A stretch of 64,000 nucleotides of DNA, from positions 11,284,001 through 11,348,000 of the forward strand of contig NC_092672.1 in assembly GCF_964355755.1 (NCBI RefSeq). Direction: 5' to 3'. The DNA is from Antedon mediterranea (taxonomy: Eukaryota > Animalia > Echinodermata). Below the pieces are notes generated by a model, which made no database searches, was not told the DNA's origin, and was given only the letters and a program-made list of their open reading frames with translations. Both the position numbers and the translations under genes were made by a program. Shown piece after piece: positions 1 to 12,512 of this stretch (position 1 is the first letter of the stretch; every line of letters begins with the position of its first letter).

Positions 1-3000
1 GAGGTACTGCTTCTCAGAGCTCGGATGGATGGGGTGGGGAAGCTGCAAGAGCAATTGATGGAAACCGAAATCATCTTTACGGAGGCAGCTCATGCACACA
101 CACCCGTAAGTATGCACACTCACACGCGTTCTTGATTAGATTTGGATTTGAAGGTAAACTAACATAAAATAAAGAGAGAATCTAAACATGTTTGTGAGAG
201 TGTACTGAAATTGTACTATATCATGTATGATTCCACCGGACTTTCGAGTTAAAATAACGATTGTGAGGCATTTTGATAAACAGGCAAACTATATTGACAT
301 GTTTTACTATAATAATAATATCACATTTTTATAGCGCCCTTTTATGAATACAAATTATCATTCACTTATGAATGACTTATGTTACACTTCAACTACATGT
401 ACAGCTAAGTGTGATCTAGCACGACGGGGTAACTCGTGCTCGCCTCGAAAGATACTAGGTTCTTTACAATTGACAATTCTTATCCGATCCGAGCTGAGAC
501 TTGTTCTACCACCACCATAACCATGGAGAGAGTGACCCTCGAACCCTTGTAATAATAAATTACTCAAAGAGCCGGGCTTCCAGGGAGCCCTTCGCGGCTC
601 GCTATCCCACAACATAATGTTACTCGCTTCGCTCGCAAAGTATTTTATTTGTATACGTCCCCCACTATTAAAAACAGATCTGTGCCGTTGCTTGTGGCTA
701 TGCACGGATTACGGTCCCACTGCGTTGACCACTCGGCCACTCACTCACTAAACGTAAAATACAAAACGTAATACAATACAAACATGAAAAGAAATAAAAT
801 GAAGGCATATTCCTGAAAAGATGAATAGCATATTGAGAGTGAACAAAGTTTAAAAAGGATTTAATAAAAAAAGAAACAAGGATGACCGATTAGGTTTCTA
901 TTAATTTTTCGTTCTTTTTAACATTCTAAATCGTTACTTTGGCAGACGAAAACAATTTTATCTTTTTGCTCAAAAGAGTACAATAACAATTATAAATAAT
1001 TGACATAAATAACATAATACCATGTTAATTTCGTCAGAATTTTAAATACAGTAACACGCATTTGTAATATTGATATTGATTGGAGTAAACGACAACAAAT
1101 GTTTATTGACTAAACTGATTTAAATCAAAATTGGTTAATAATAAAATCTATGCAACGTTTAAAACTTATTATAAAAGGTCAGAACATTCATCTGACTGTG
1201 TTTATGTTCTATTATCTCTAGTTTAATTTCCATTTTAGGCTGAAAATATATACTGTAGCTCCTCTTGGATGCATCTGGAGAATGCTTTTTATCATTACAC
1301 ATTTTATTTATATTATTTAATGTTTTGTCTTCGTTTTAGAGAATCATCCTAACTCATGGTGGAAAGTCGATCTTCTGGAAACTTTTGACATTACTTCCGT
1401 AACTATTTTCAACAGAGCAGGTACGTAAAACTTACAATGCTTTCTCTCCGGAAGTGCGTACACTCTAAGTTTATTCATACACGAAAGACGAAAACTTGGT
1501 CTTTTGTCATTACATGCAACATGAGAAACAGATGCTAAAGATGATTTTCTTCCAAATACCAGATTGCTGTACAGATCGGATAGTCGGTGCTATCGTTCGG
1601 GTGAGCCGCGAAGAAGATAGCCAATCTGGCGAACAATGCGGCGAACCAGTTAGTAGCATTGATGTTTCACGCTCACCCAGAATCGTTCGAAAATGCACCC
1701 TTAATGGCCAATATGTTTCGGTTACCGTCAGTAACTACCTCACCCTCTGTGAAGTGGAAGTTTTTGGAACACGTAAGTGAGAAACAACATTTCATATGTT
1801 TAATTATAAATCCTAAAATTCAACATCACGTGTCATTCTGCCGCAAACAAATCCAAATCCCGGTAATGATGTGGTAACAATGACGTTAGTTTCATTGGCA
1901 GCATATTGGAGGATTAGGAAATTGATAACGTAGCACTTGCAGTGCATGCTACTAGACGCATTGTTCCCGGTTTACGCTTTAAGCGACACAAGCGCAGCAA
2001 TAAAAGTTTATTAAACCAATTTGTGTTGCTAGTTAGTACACCATGATTGAATTATTCAAATGTTTGACTAATGTATTTGGAAGTTATGCTATAAATGAGT
2101 TTATAATGTGACTCTTTGTAAGCATGTTGTGCTGTAGTGCTCTAGGATAGTGGGTAAGGTTTGTGTTGTGTGTTGTTTGATTGTGAGGTGTCTGAGATGA
2201 TAGACGATAACAATGGGTACGAATATCACATGTATTATTCGTCAAATTAAAATCTAGCTTTCCGTTTCCTTTTTCCTAGACAACAAAGAAAGCAACTGTT
2301 TGTATAAAGCCATCCGACCTTTTAAACAAGTGCCTCGTGTTGAGCCGTGAAATGTGCTAAAAGACAAATTTGTGCAAACAACCATATTTTGTGCAAACGT
2401 GGCACCCTCAAATGTACATGCAAATCTGTAAAAAATGTATTATCCACTGATGTGCACATCACACCGTTAAATGTAAAAACGATAAGTTTTATGTTGAATG
2501 TGCAAATGAGATTCTAAAATGTGCAGACCTGTATTTTTATATATTTTTTTGCATGCGGATTTATATGAGCTCTGGTTTTATCAAATACTAAAAATACCAT
2601 GCCCTGTTCAAAATTCTCTGCACAATTGAATATTGATGCAAGAAAATCATCACAATTTCAAACTGTATAAATTGTTCAAATTGCGCATAACAGAAATACA
2701 GTTTGAATATAATAATAATCTATTGAACTCATTTAACTATGTTTTGTGAATTTCTTTGAAATGAGAGGACAACTATAAAGGACTTCAATTTCGACGGTAT
2801 GGAAGTTACCATCTCCAGCAAGCAGCGACCACGTGTCAGTCTTCTGACATGATTGTGTTTTTTTTTCAAAACAGATTATTTCAGCCTGTAAGTAGGCCTA
2901 CTACAATTAAATATGAAGTGGCTATATTTTGAAACCATGCAATGTTTTCCAAATCTCGCTGTTTTCACATTTGAGGGTAACATTTTTGCACAAATGTGGT

Positions 3001-6000
3001 TGTTTGCACAAATGTGACTTTTTGCACATTTCACGGCTCAACATCCCGTCCCAAAAGAAAGCCATACAATTCATGACCAGGCACTCATCATTCGTGAGAG
3101 TAGAAAACAATCATTCTTTCTCTGTTAATAATTATTATTATTTATTTTTTAGCTGATGCTGACACCATAGCTGCACGAGAAGCAGGTAGAAAAAACAATT
3201 TAATTGTTATAAATAATATTCTTCAAGAGATTTACTTGATCTGAATTTGAAATTATTATTGTATCTCACATATTCTGATACTGATAATATGCTATTATTT
3301 TAGCTGCCGCTGAAGCCGCCCGTTTGTTGGCGGAACAAGAACGAGCAGCAGAAGAAGCACGGCAGAGAGCAGAGGCCGAGGCAGCGGCAGAGGCACAGCG
3401 TTTGTTAGAAGAGAACAGAGGTATAAGACTTGTTGGAGGTGATTCTGAAAGTGAAGGAAGGGTCGAAATATTCTTTAACAATGTATGGGGTAGCGTATGT
3501 GATGATTACTGGGACCTGTTTGATGCATCTGTTGCTTGCAGACAAATGGGGTTCGCGGCAGGAGCACTGGAAGCACCAATGCGAGCTACATTTGGACAAG
3601 CTGTGGGGATAGTAATCCTTCTGGACGACCTTTCGTGTTCTAATGCTCCTGGAGAGAGAGCTTTGACAGACTGTCCTAATGCTGGCATTGGTATTCACAA
3701 CTGTGCTCACAGTGAGGATGCTTGTGCCGTATGTAATAGTAAGTATTATAATTAAACAATCGTGTTTATCAAATATAAGTAAAATACACATTTTGCTTAA
3801 AGATCTATGTTGAAACAGACAGCAGAAACCTTATGTTCCTCCAACCTCCATATTCGGTAGGCCCTACCGTTTTTTGATCACGCGAATGACATTTTGACAG
3901 CACTTTTACGACATTATTTTGAAGTTATATGCTGACTAGTCATCTTAACGGTGCAATTAAATATGTCGTAGGGTTTCAATATCTTCTTTACACTTATTTT
4001 GTAAAAAAAGTTCATGCATTGAGTACGTACTTATAATTAATTATGGAACACAATTAGCAATTCAAAGGTCCATTATAAAACGACTCCAATGTCCGATACT
4101 ATATTATTAGACGGCTTTTTCAGTCGAATGTTTTCCATAAGTATATTGATTTTAAGTAATGCGGAGTAAAATAAACATAACATCTTCATATTTGTTTAGC
4201 CGGCAGTCCACCACCTATTCCTAGTATACATGTTCGACTTGTTGGCGGAAGTAGTGCTAACGAAGGTAGAGTAGAGGTGTACATCCACGGCTTCTGGGGA
4301 ACTGTTTGTGATGACTCTTTTGATCTTAATGACGCAAATGTCTTCTGCAGACAAGCGGGCTTTGAACACGGTGCACAGGATGCCCTGCAAAACGCTCCCT
4401 TTGGACAAGGTACGTCATTAAGCATCGCCCTGGACGATGAAGCTTGCTCTGGAACGGAAACAGACTTTATGAGCTGCGGAAACGCGGGCATCGGAAGACA
4501 CAACTGTGGTCATCACGAGGATGCTGGTGTTATTTGTAATAGTAAGTTGTCGCTTTTTTTCTCTTTGGTGGGGTGTCCCACATTTATTCTCATATGCATA
4601 AATATAAAGACTAAATAAAATATGGTTAGTACGGTACACTATCAGTGTCTAATATCTCTTATTATCTTCCATTGTATTTATTTTCTTTCTTTTTAAATTT
4701 TTGCAAACATTCACAAAAGATATGTTTATTTCTTTTCTACAGCATCCATGGTTTTTTTCTTTCAGTATTTGCATACTCATTTTCTGTATACTTCACATAC
4801 AGAATATAATTTGTTTTATGTGAATTAGCTTTTCTATAGAATATTCATATAAAATATATATTTTCCATGTTACAAAGGTTATACACAAACACAATCTAGT
4901 TAATAATGTTCACAATTCTCTCTTATCCTATTTTAACCATATAATTTTCCTCTTTTAATTATAATTTTTGTATTACCTGCTTTATAATGTTCTTCTCATC
5001 ATTTGTAAAAATGTTGAGATGTAACCTGAATTTTAATTCATTTAAAAACATATTGTATACTGATGTCCTCCAGATCCATTTATTAACTTCCATAAGTATT
5101 TTACGTTTGTATAAACACAATATTCCTAAAGTTCCAATTTTTATAAGAAAATTTTCATTTTTTTAAAAGGAAATTAAGCAAGTTGTCGCTACTCCCTTGT
5201 ATAATAAACTGATTATCCAGTACGTGTATATTCGTTTAAATTAACACTATGAAATTAACTATTCAAGATTCCAGATTCAAGAAATTTTATTTGTCCATAA
5301 AACTGGAAATTCACTTTGCTTGGTAGATTAAAACAACAACAAAAAAACAAACATAAAAAATGTTGCAACAATATAAAACGTGCAGTATTAAACAGATTAA
5401 AATACAAGATAGAGATAAAAATTAAAAAAAACGTTAAAAATGTAAAACTATTTAAAAATTGCATTATCGTCTAACATTAGAATTAAAAATATGAATGCTA
5501 TTTACAACGAAGGATTTTCTAGTTCTACAAAGATTTGTTCTTGGAGATCGTAGCCTAATACCTGATCTATTTAAGTTATAACAGTAATGTAACGGATGAG
5601 TGGGGTCTTTCATAATATTGTTAACTTTTTTTTAAATACTCTTTTCATAGATGAATGAACAAGGCGTTAGATCAGCTTTAATAATACGTTGTGTAATTTT
5701 ACGTGGTCTCTCAATATTTTTCTTATCATTTTCAGTAAAGTTAACCATAAAAACATCCAATGCTAAGAGATAAAATACTTTGAATAATACTTTGATAAAA
5801 TAGAATTAAAATAGTGTTATCAACTCTAATTTGCTTGAGTTTTCTGAGAAAGTAAAGCCTTTGAGATGCCTTCTAGGAAATCATGAGAGAGTTTGACTCC
5901 CATTTTAATTTGTTGTCAATTATAGTACCTAAGTATTTGTATTGGGTTACTCTTTCAACCTCGGTTTCTTTAATAGTTATTACATTATGTTCAACTGCGG

Positions 6001-9000
6001 TTTTACGAAAATCTATTATCATCTCTTTGGTTTTAGTAATATTAAGTATTAAGTTCATATCCTCACACCAATTAACAAATCTTCCAACTTCATTAACAAA
6101 TTCATTTACATTATGCTTACTATCGCAAAGAAAACCACTAATTACAGTATCGTCAGCGTATTTTACAATATTGCAATCTTTACTTAAAATATTAAAACTA
6201 CTTGAATAAAAAGAAAACAAAATTGGGGAAATAACACATCCTTGAGGAGCTCCAACACTGATAGATTCTTTGTTGGATAGGATACCATTGCACTTAACCA
6301 TCTGCGGTCTATTAATCAAAAACCTATATAAAACTTTGGCGAGCTGAGGTGAGACATTAAAACTTAATAATCTATCAATTAAAACATGTGGTAAAATAGT
6401 TAGAAGTTTTCCATATGCGTGGAACAGTACCATTTCTAAAAATAATATTAAAAATATAAGTAAAAATTGGACATAGTTGGATATTGCACACTTTTAAAAT
6501 TCTGTTTGAAATCCCATCTGGTCCAGTTGCCTTTTACACGTGCAAATTATCTTAAAACCTCGTCTTCATTAACAACAACATTATTATTATCATCATTACC
6601 AATATTGTTATTATTATTATCATTATATTCATTATCTTTAATTGTTAAGTTTCTCACTGTTAGTCATATTGACCATCATCAAATCTGCAGAAAAATTTGT
6701 TTAAGGAGTCCACAAACTTCTTGTCACAGTCACCTACGTATTTTTTCGGTTTTTCTTTGTAGTCAGTGAGCATATGCATTGCCTTCCAGGCCGAACGCGT
6801 GTCTTTATCCTTGAAATGTTTTTCCATTTTAGCTTTATATTTTTGTTTTGCTAGATACTAGCATCAACCTCCTTCTGAATTCGCTTCGCTTCATCTTTCT
6901 TACCGGCTGCATATTCTTTTTTCTTTTTAACTATGAGACATTTCGTTTCATGTAAAAACCATGGCTTGCAATTAGGGTAAATTTTTGTCTTCCTTTTAGG
7001 TATAATGGTATCAGCACAATAGTTTATGTATGAACAAACAGCATTTACTTCAACATCGATAGAATTTTCGGATTCTGAGAAAACACCCCAGTCCGTAGAT
7101 TCAAAAAACCCCTTTAGCATATCAATTGCCTCTGTGCACCAGATCTGCCTTTCTTTGACTACAGGCTTCTGTCTTTTTAGGATTGGCTTGTAGAGTGGTC
7201 TTAGGATCACGTTGTCGTTCATATGTAAATGAATTACTTATCTTTCAAAATTATCACCACGAAGTGTTTATCTTTCATAGTTATGGCACCAGCACCAGAT
7301 GTACTTGTTAGACTAGTTGGAGGTGGTGCGGCCAACGAAGGAAGAGTTGAAGTGTGGAGGCTTGGACATTGGGGAACTGTTTGTGACGATTATTGGTCAG
7401 CAGAGGACGCACGTGTGGTCTGCTTCCAACTAGGTTTTACTAGCGGCGAAATGGATTCACCATTACGCGCTAGGTACGGTCCTGGTAGTGGTGCCATTCA
7501 TTTGGATGATGTCAGGTGTAGTGGATCCGAGAGTAGTGTACTCGATTGCCCTTCCATTCATAATCATAACTGTGGCCACCATGAAGATGCTAGTGTTATA
7601 TGTTATAGTAAGTTTTTGGGGCTTAGTGTTGGGGTATGTTCTAAAATTGGGTAGCCGGCCTGCTCTGAGTAATTTGTGTCATGTACATCGTTATAGGCCT
7701 ACAGTATATTTAAGCGCCTTGCTCAGTAGTAGTAAGAACCATCTGAAGATGCACTTTCGATAAATTCTCTTCGCCAACCACGAATTCAAAATTATTCATG
7801 TTTTACTTGAAATATCCTAAAACGTAGACACAGACACGTCGCATTTAGCAAGTGCTAAATCCAATTTTCAAATTTATAATTAATTCCGGTCATGAGAGGC
7901 CCGTTCGGGCCTGGTTATTTTACCTAATGATTTTGACGCTTACCAATGACCAAATACCGTGACCATCACAATAACATTATATAATTATTGGAAATAATAA
8001 TCGTTTTGTTGGAAAAAAGTGTATTAAACACAGAGAGACTAGTTTTGTGGATTTTAAAAAATGTATCGATTATAAAAGTATTAATACTGTATTCACAGGT
8101 AATGTAGGTACTGCCGGTGGCGTTCGATTAGTCGGAGGATCAAACGAACGTGAAGGCCGTGTTGAAATTTATTTAAGTGGAAGGTGGGGTACAGTATGTG
8201 ATGACTACTGGGATAGGAACGATGGTAATGTATTGTGCAGACAGCTAGGCTTTGGTTTAGCAAGTGAAGCCCCATCGAATGCTAGGTTTGGACAAGGAGG
8301 TGGTTCGATTAACTTGGATGATGTTAGATGTTCCGGATCAGAGAGCAGTCTTGGTTCCTGCGGTAACAGAGGAATAGGAGTCCACAACTGTGCACATTCC
8401 GAAGACGCCGGTGTCATTTGTCTTGGTACAGTTTAGATATAAATAAAATATGTTGTATGCGTTTGATAATATAGGACCTGTTGGACCTACTTTCGAATAT
8501 TTATATTTGAAATAATAACTATTAATGAGGATGTGCAAAACATAGTAACGAAACAACCTTTAAATGAGGAAATGTTCTTAGTAAGTACGCTCAAAGTTAG
8601 TCGTCGGAATTTATTGACTATAGCGTGTAAAAGAAGACTTAAGGCTTAAACGCTCATCGGGTCGGGCCGGTGCAACTGGAATGTATAGTTATTATACCAC
8701 ACTATTCCATCGGTCAACTACGCATCACATATTAATGATTATAATTGAATTAGGCCTAATGGTTGTTTAATAGACGTTCACGTTTTTTTTCTTTGTAAAT
8801 TCATAAGTAACTCTGTGATGCATTAATTAAAATTCAAAAACTCAATTATGGTTTCAATAGCCACATGATGGTTCAGAGAAGGACAATAATACGAAGACCT
8901 GAATTTGATGCAATAGATTTGAACGAATTCGAAATCTTAAAGCTCTGTCTACACTATCAAACTTTATGTGACAACAAATATGATGTGCCCATATCTGGAC

Positions 9001-10192
9001 ATGATTTCATATCATCACTACGGTACCGTATTTAGGCTTTCATAGTGTAGATAGAGCAGCTTTAGGCCTACCTGATCATCTCCTATTACTTCTAGTTACT
9101 CGTTAATCGTTTATTAATGCGTTTTATATAACACCTATATAAATTCCTGTCATTTGATTGGACGAATGTGGGTCACATGGCGTCCAATAGTACGCACTAT
9201 TCAACGATCGTTAAATAGTACTTTTTGAAACATTTTTGTGTACGAAAAAAAAACGTCTAGATGTTATATAAAACAAATAATGAATGTTTTGTATTCGTGT
9301 AATGGTACAAATAATGGCACTTGGTGAATGATGAAAGGTTATATCAACTCGGCTTTGCCTCGTTGATATAACCTTTCATCATTCACCTCGTGCCATTATT
9401 TGTACCATTGCACTCATAAACATTCATTATTTGTATAACATAAGGTGGTATATCAAATATTTGTAAAATGTAACGATGAGTAGTAGTTTGTTAAGTTAAT
9501 TTTTACATTTGATTTTTTAAAGCCATTAACCGACCTGCGCGGTTAAGACTTGTTGGCGGAAATGGATATTTCGGACGAGTTGAAATAAATATTGATGGAG
9601 AGTGGGGCACTGTGTGTGATGATTACTTTGGCATAGAGGAAGCTCGGGTTGTCTGCAGAGGATTAAATTTACCAGAAGCTACTGAGGCAATATCAAGAGC
9701 CGCATATGGTCAAGGAAGTGGGCCTATAATATGTGATAACCTTGGTTGTAATGGAAATGAAAATGATTTGGCTGCTTGCTCCTCTAATGGAATTAGAATA
9801 CACAACTGCGCTCATTCCGAGGATGCTTCTGTCTACTGCGGGCGTAGACGTAAATATTATAATTAATTACATACGTTAATATTGTTTTTAATATATTTTA
9901 ATAAAGTGGTGTGTTGTTCAACCGTACCACCCTATCCAATCTAATGAACCCGGATCTAATGGTTAACGCACCTAAATATGAAGTAGAATGGGATCTGGAT
10001 TCGAACCGGTTTGGGTTGGCTTTTTCTTATTTTCACAGAATTCCTCATCTTTACAGAGTAGGCCTACTTGATACATTTTCAGTGATAACAATTTTACAAT
10101 CATTACACTATTAAAGCTATATTTGTTTTATTCTCTCTGCAGCTTTACCTAGACTACATTGCAGCTGGAGCAGAGGCTGTTGGTGGGGTTAA
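1..10192 (+). CDS. 5'-truncated spliced gene: F-type lectin (fucolectin/FTP) domain + A/E/R-rich helical linker + 5 SRCR domains + short Trp/Cys-rich tail (DMBT1-like scavenger receptor cysteine-rich protein, no TM segment in the visible part)
   Basis: Exons <1-105, 1340-1420, 1563-1772, 3153-3185, 3304-3738, 4200-4541, 7281-7607, 8099-8425, 9523-9849, 10143-10192 (TAA). All introns are GT-AG, phase 1. The lectin part reads [41 protein letters not shown], with an exact H-X26-R-X-D-X4-R fucose-binding motif. Five RLVGG..GRVE..WG(T/S)VCDD..C..HNC.H.EDA..C domains follow. Confidence 0.9.
380..750 (-). mobile_element. tRNA-derived SINE relic interrupted by a ~140-bp insert
   Basis: The minus strand has an A-box-like TGGCCGAGTGG (~729-739) and a B-box-like GGTTCGAG (~538-545). 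They are separated by an insert at ~551-690 flanked by a CTTGT duplication. Confidence 0.45.
2338..3043. mobile_element. Non-autonomous TIR element (MITE) with ~75-bp imperfect terminal inverted repeats
   Basis: TGTTGAGCCGTGAAATGTGC..TTTGTGCAAACAACCA..CCCTCAAATGT at 2338-2415 is mirrored by ACATTTGAGGG..TGGTTGTTTGCACAAA..GCACATTTCACGGCTCAACA ending at 3043. Confidence 0.75.
5460..7222 (-). mobile_element. Degenerate LINE (Rex1/Babar-like) RT fragments in the intron between SRCR2 and SRCR3
   Basis: ORF 5873-6433 has [17 protein letters not shown] and [18 protein letters not shown] 6851-7222 has [20 protein letters not shown], typical of Rex/Babar ORF2. The element carries stops, frameshifts and an internal deletion. 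Confidence 0.8.
8941..9057. mobile_element. Small MITE family with AGCTCTGTC(T/C)ACACTAT termini; further copies at ~12280-12425, 27594-27745, 28406-28550, 34849-34897, 40360-40462
   Basis: The copies share the ends AGCTCTGTCTACACTATCAAA / ATAGTGTAGACAGAGC and an internal TGTGATGTGCCCA(T/A)AT. Several are flanked by TTAA/TTA. Confidence 0.75.
9124..9437 (+). mobile_element. Non-autonomous element with a long asymmetric hairpin; near-identical inverted copy at 43280-43593, diverged copy at ~19101-19240
   Basis: A ~160-bp palindrome (ACAAATAATGAATG..TATATCAAC-loop-GTTGATATA..CATTCATTATTT) occupies one half. 43280-43593 is the reverse complement with only a few substitutions. Confidence 0.8.
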
Positions 10193-10469
10193 GGCAAGTT
10201 CTACGTCGCATCTCTGATGAACTACAGAAAAACAGTTATCTTATATTCTATTTTGGCTTTTTGGCGAAATTTATATCTTTTTGTGGGGATTCTTTATATT
10301 TCTAGAATTGTATTCAAACAAATTAAATACTATTAATGCAACAATACCTTTTGAATATTCCTTTTTTTGTGTTACATTTCGTATGTATGTCTTAGCTGCT
10401 GAGAGAGTTAAGTTGGCGAGTCTTGTCCAAAAAAATGGGGTTTTTATTCAAGAATAACAACAATAGCGA

Positions 10470-10950
10470 CATTTTGTCGAGAATAGCGACAGTGCTGTGT
10501 CAACAAAATAGAGAAACGGTCCAATAAAGCGAAATTTATAATTTGTCCAAACTGTGGAAATGTCGTCGAGAATAGCGACAATGCTGTGTATAATAGAGAA
10601 ACGGTCCAATAAAGCGAAATTTATAATTTGTCCAAACTGTGGAAATGTCGTCGAGAATAGCGACAATGCTGTGTATAATAGAGAAACGGTCCAATAAAGC
10701 GAAATTTATAATTTGTCCAAACTGTGGAAATGTCGTCGAGAATAGCGACAATGCTGTGTATAATAGAGAAACGGTCCAATAAAGCGAAATTTATAATTTG
10801 TCCAAACTGTGGAAATGTCGTCGAGAATAGCGACAGTGCTGTGCATAATAGAGAAACGGTCCAATAAAGCGAAATTTATAATTTGTCCAAACTGTGGAAA
10901 TGTCGTCGAGAATAGCGACAGTGCTGTGCATAATAGAGGAACGGTCCAAT
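10470..10950. repeat. 85-bp tandem minisatellite (~5.5 near-identical copies; degenerate copies to ~11340)
   Basis: The unit AATAGCGACA(A/G)TGCTGTG..GAAATGTCGTCGAG starts at 10571, 10656, 10741, 10826 and 10911. Confidence 0.95.
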
Positions 10951-12512
10951 ATATAAGATAATTTAGATTTTCCCACATTGTGGAAATACTGTCCAGAATA
11001 GTGACAGTCGTACTGTGTAAAGTGTAAACAAATATTGAGAAAGTGTGCGAAGTGTTAATTCAGCTTTAAATGTTTTGTTCAGAATATGTCTATATTGTGA
11101 CCAAAATTGAAAAACTGTCATATAGTAATAGAGAAATTCGTCCAAAGTGTGGAAATTGTCCAGAATAGCGACAGTGTTATGTCAAAAATAGAAAGAAACT
11201 GTAAAATAGTATAAAGAAATGCATACTAGTGTCCAAAATGTGGAAATTGTGTCTGAAATAGCGACAGTGCTGTATCAACAAAATAGAGAAACAGTCCAAT
11301 AAAGAATTATTCAAAATGTGGACATTTTGTCCAGAATAGCGAGTGGTAATACAATGTGTAAAAAATCTTAATCTTAATAATAGTTCTCCAGAAATTCTAC
11401 AGAGGTAGGCCTACTATAGAGATAAGATCACCACTGGACACTTGCTTAATCAAATCTAATGTCTTAATGATTGTATTGATAGTGGTTGCATATGTATATT
11501 CTATATAACCAGAAAAAAAAACCTTTTCTTTGAATATACAATAGATTTACTCCCATTCTTGTTATTCAAATATGTAGTAATTGAAATTGAATTATTAGCA
11601 ACTCTAGACATAACACACTATTATATTATAATATAAACGTCAATTAATTGTCAATAAATAATCATAGTATTGATCACATACACTTTTCGATAATTTTAGA
11701 ACTTGAAGATTATCTCCCAATAAATGAGTTCTGAATTTATTTGAATCATAAAATGATATAACACAGTAATTATCGACAAGTATAATATTATGCTAAATTA
11801 GTAAACATCAAAAATACATTTTATGACAACAAATTAATATGAAGCCTAACGATAGTAACATACTGTATGTGGCATTGCTGATACATATCAAATCTCAAAT
11901 TCATAACACAATAGAGAAATACGAACACGAAAGTGAGTTTGACGCGGCCAATGCCAAAGGTGCAATTTGTGAGTTCAATTTACATTCTTAAATCACCTCA
12001 GCCACTATGATTGGGGCCGAGGTGGATAATAGTGACGTGACATATCTCTTTCGCACCTCCTAACATTAAATCCTGTTTTTGCTCTATCATTTCTTAAGAT
12101 TTTAATTCCTGGTTTCACATTTTGATAAGATAAATGGAATTGCTCAAACATATTCTGTGACAACACCCTTACTATACAGTTTGTAACAATTCTGAATTAG
12201 TCAACCACAAAGTTTGATCATAAGGAAAGAAAATTCAAAATATAAAGATTGGACCAATTAGATCTGGATAAGGAGAACTTTATGCTGTCTACAATATCAA
12301 ACTAGTTTGACAAAAATATGTGATGTGGTATGTGCTAAAATTTAATACTAATATAACATTACCGTGTCTATATTGACACATTGTCGCATTTTAAGTTTGA
12401 TGGGTTTGATAGTGTAGACAGAGCGTTGGTCCTGCGTCCAGTATATCATTAACTTAAGTGAGTAATGATTTGTACCTCCTCACATCCAAGTCAGCCAACA
12501 CCGTTTCATCTA

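Noticed and set aside
4640-5260. Possible L1/Tx1 3' relic on the minus strand
   Set aside because: It is too degenerate to support, with no diagnostic motif readable.
3266-8556. Antisense and alternative-frame ORFs overlapping SRCR and LINE sequence
   Set aside because: They are shadows of real exons or RT frames, with no independent motifs or splice support.
10470-10950. Possible CRISPR array, and the ORFs 10448-11145
   Set aside because: The units repeat head-to-tail with no unique spacers, there are no cas genes and the context is eukaryotic. The ORFs are just translations of the repeat.
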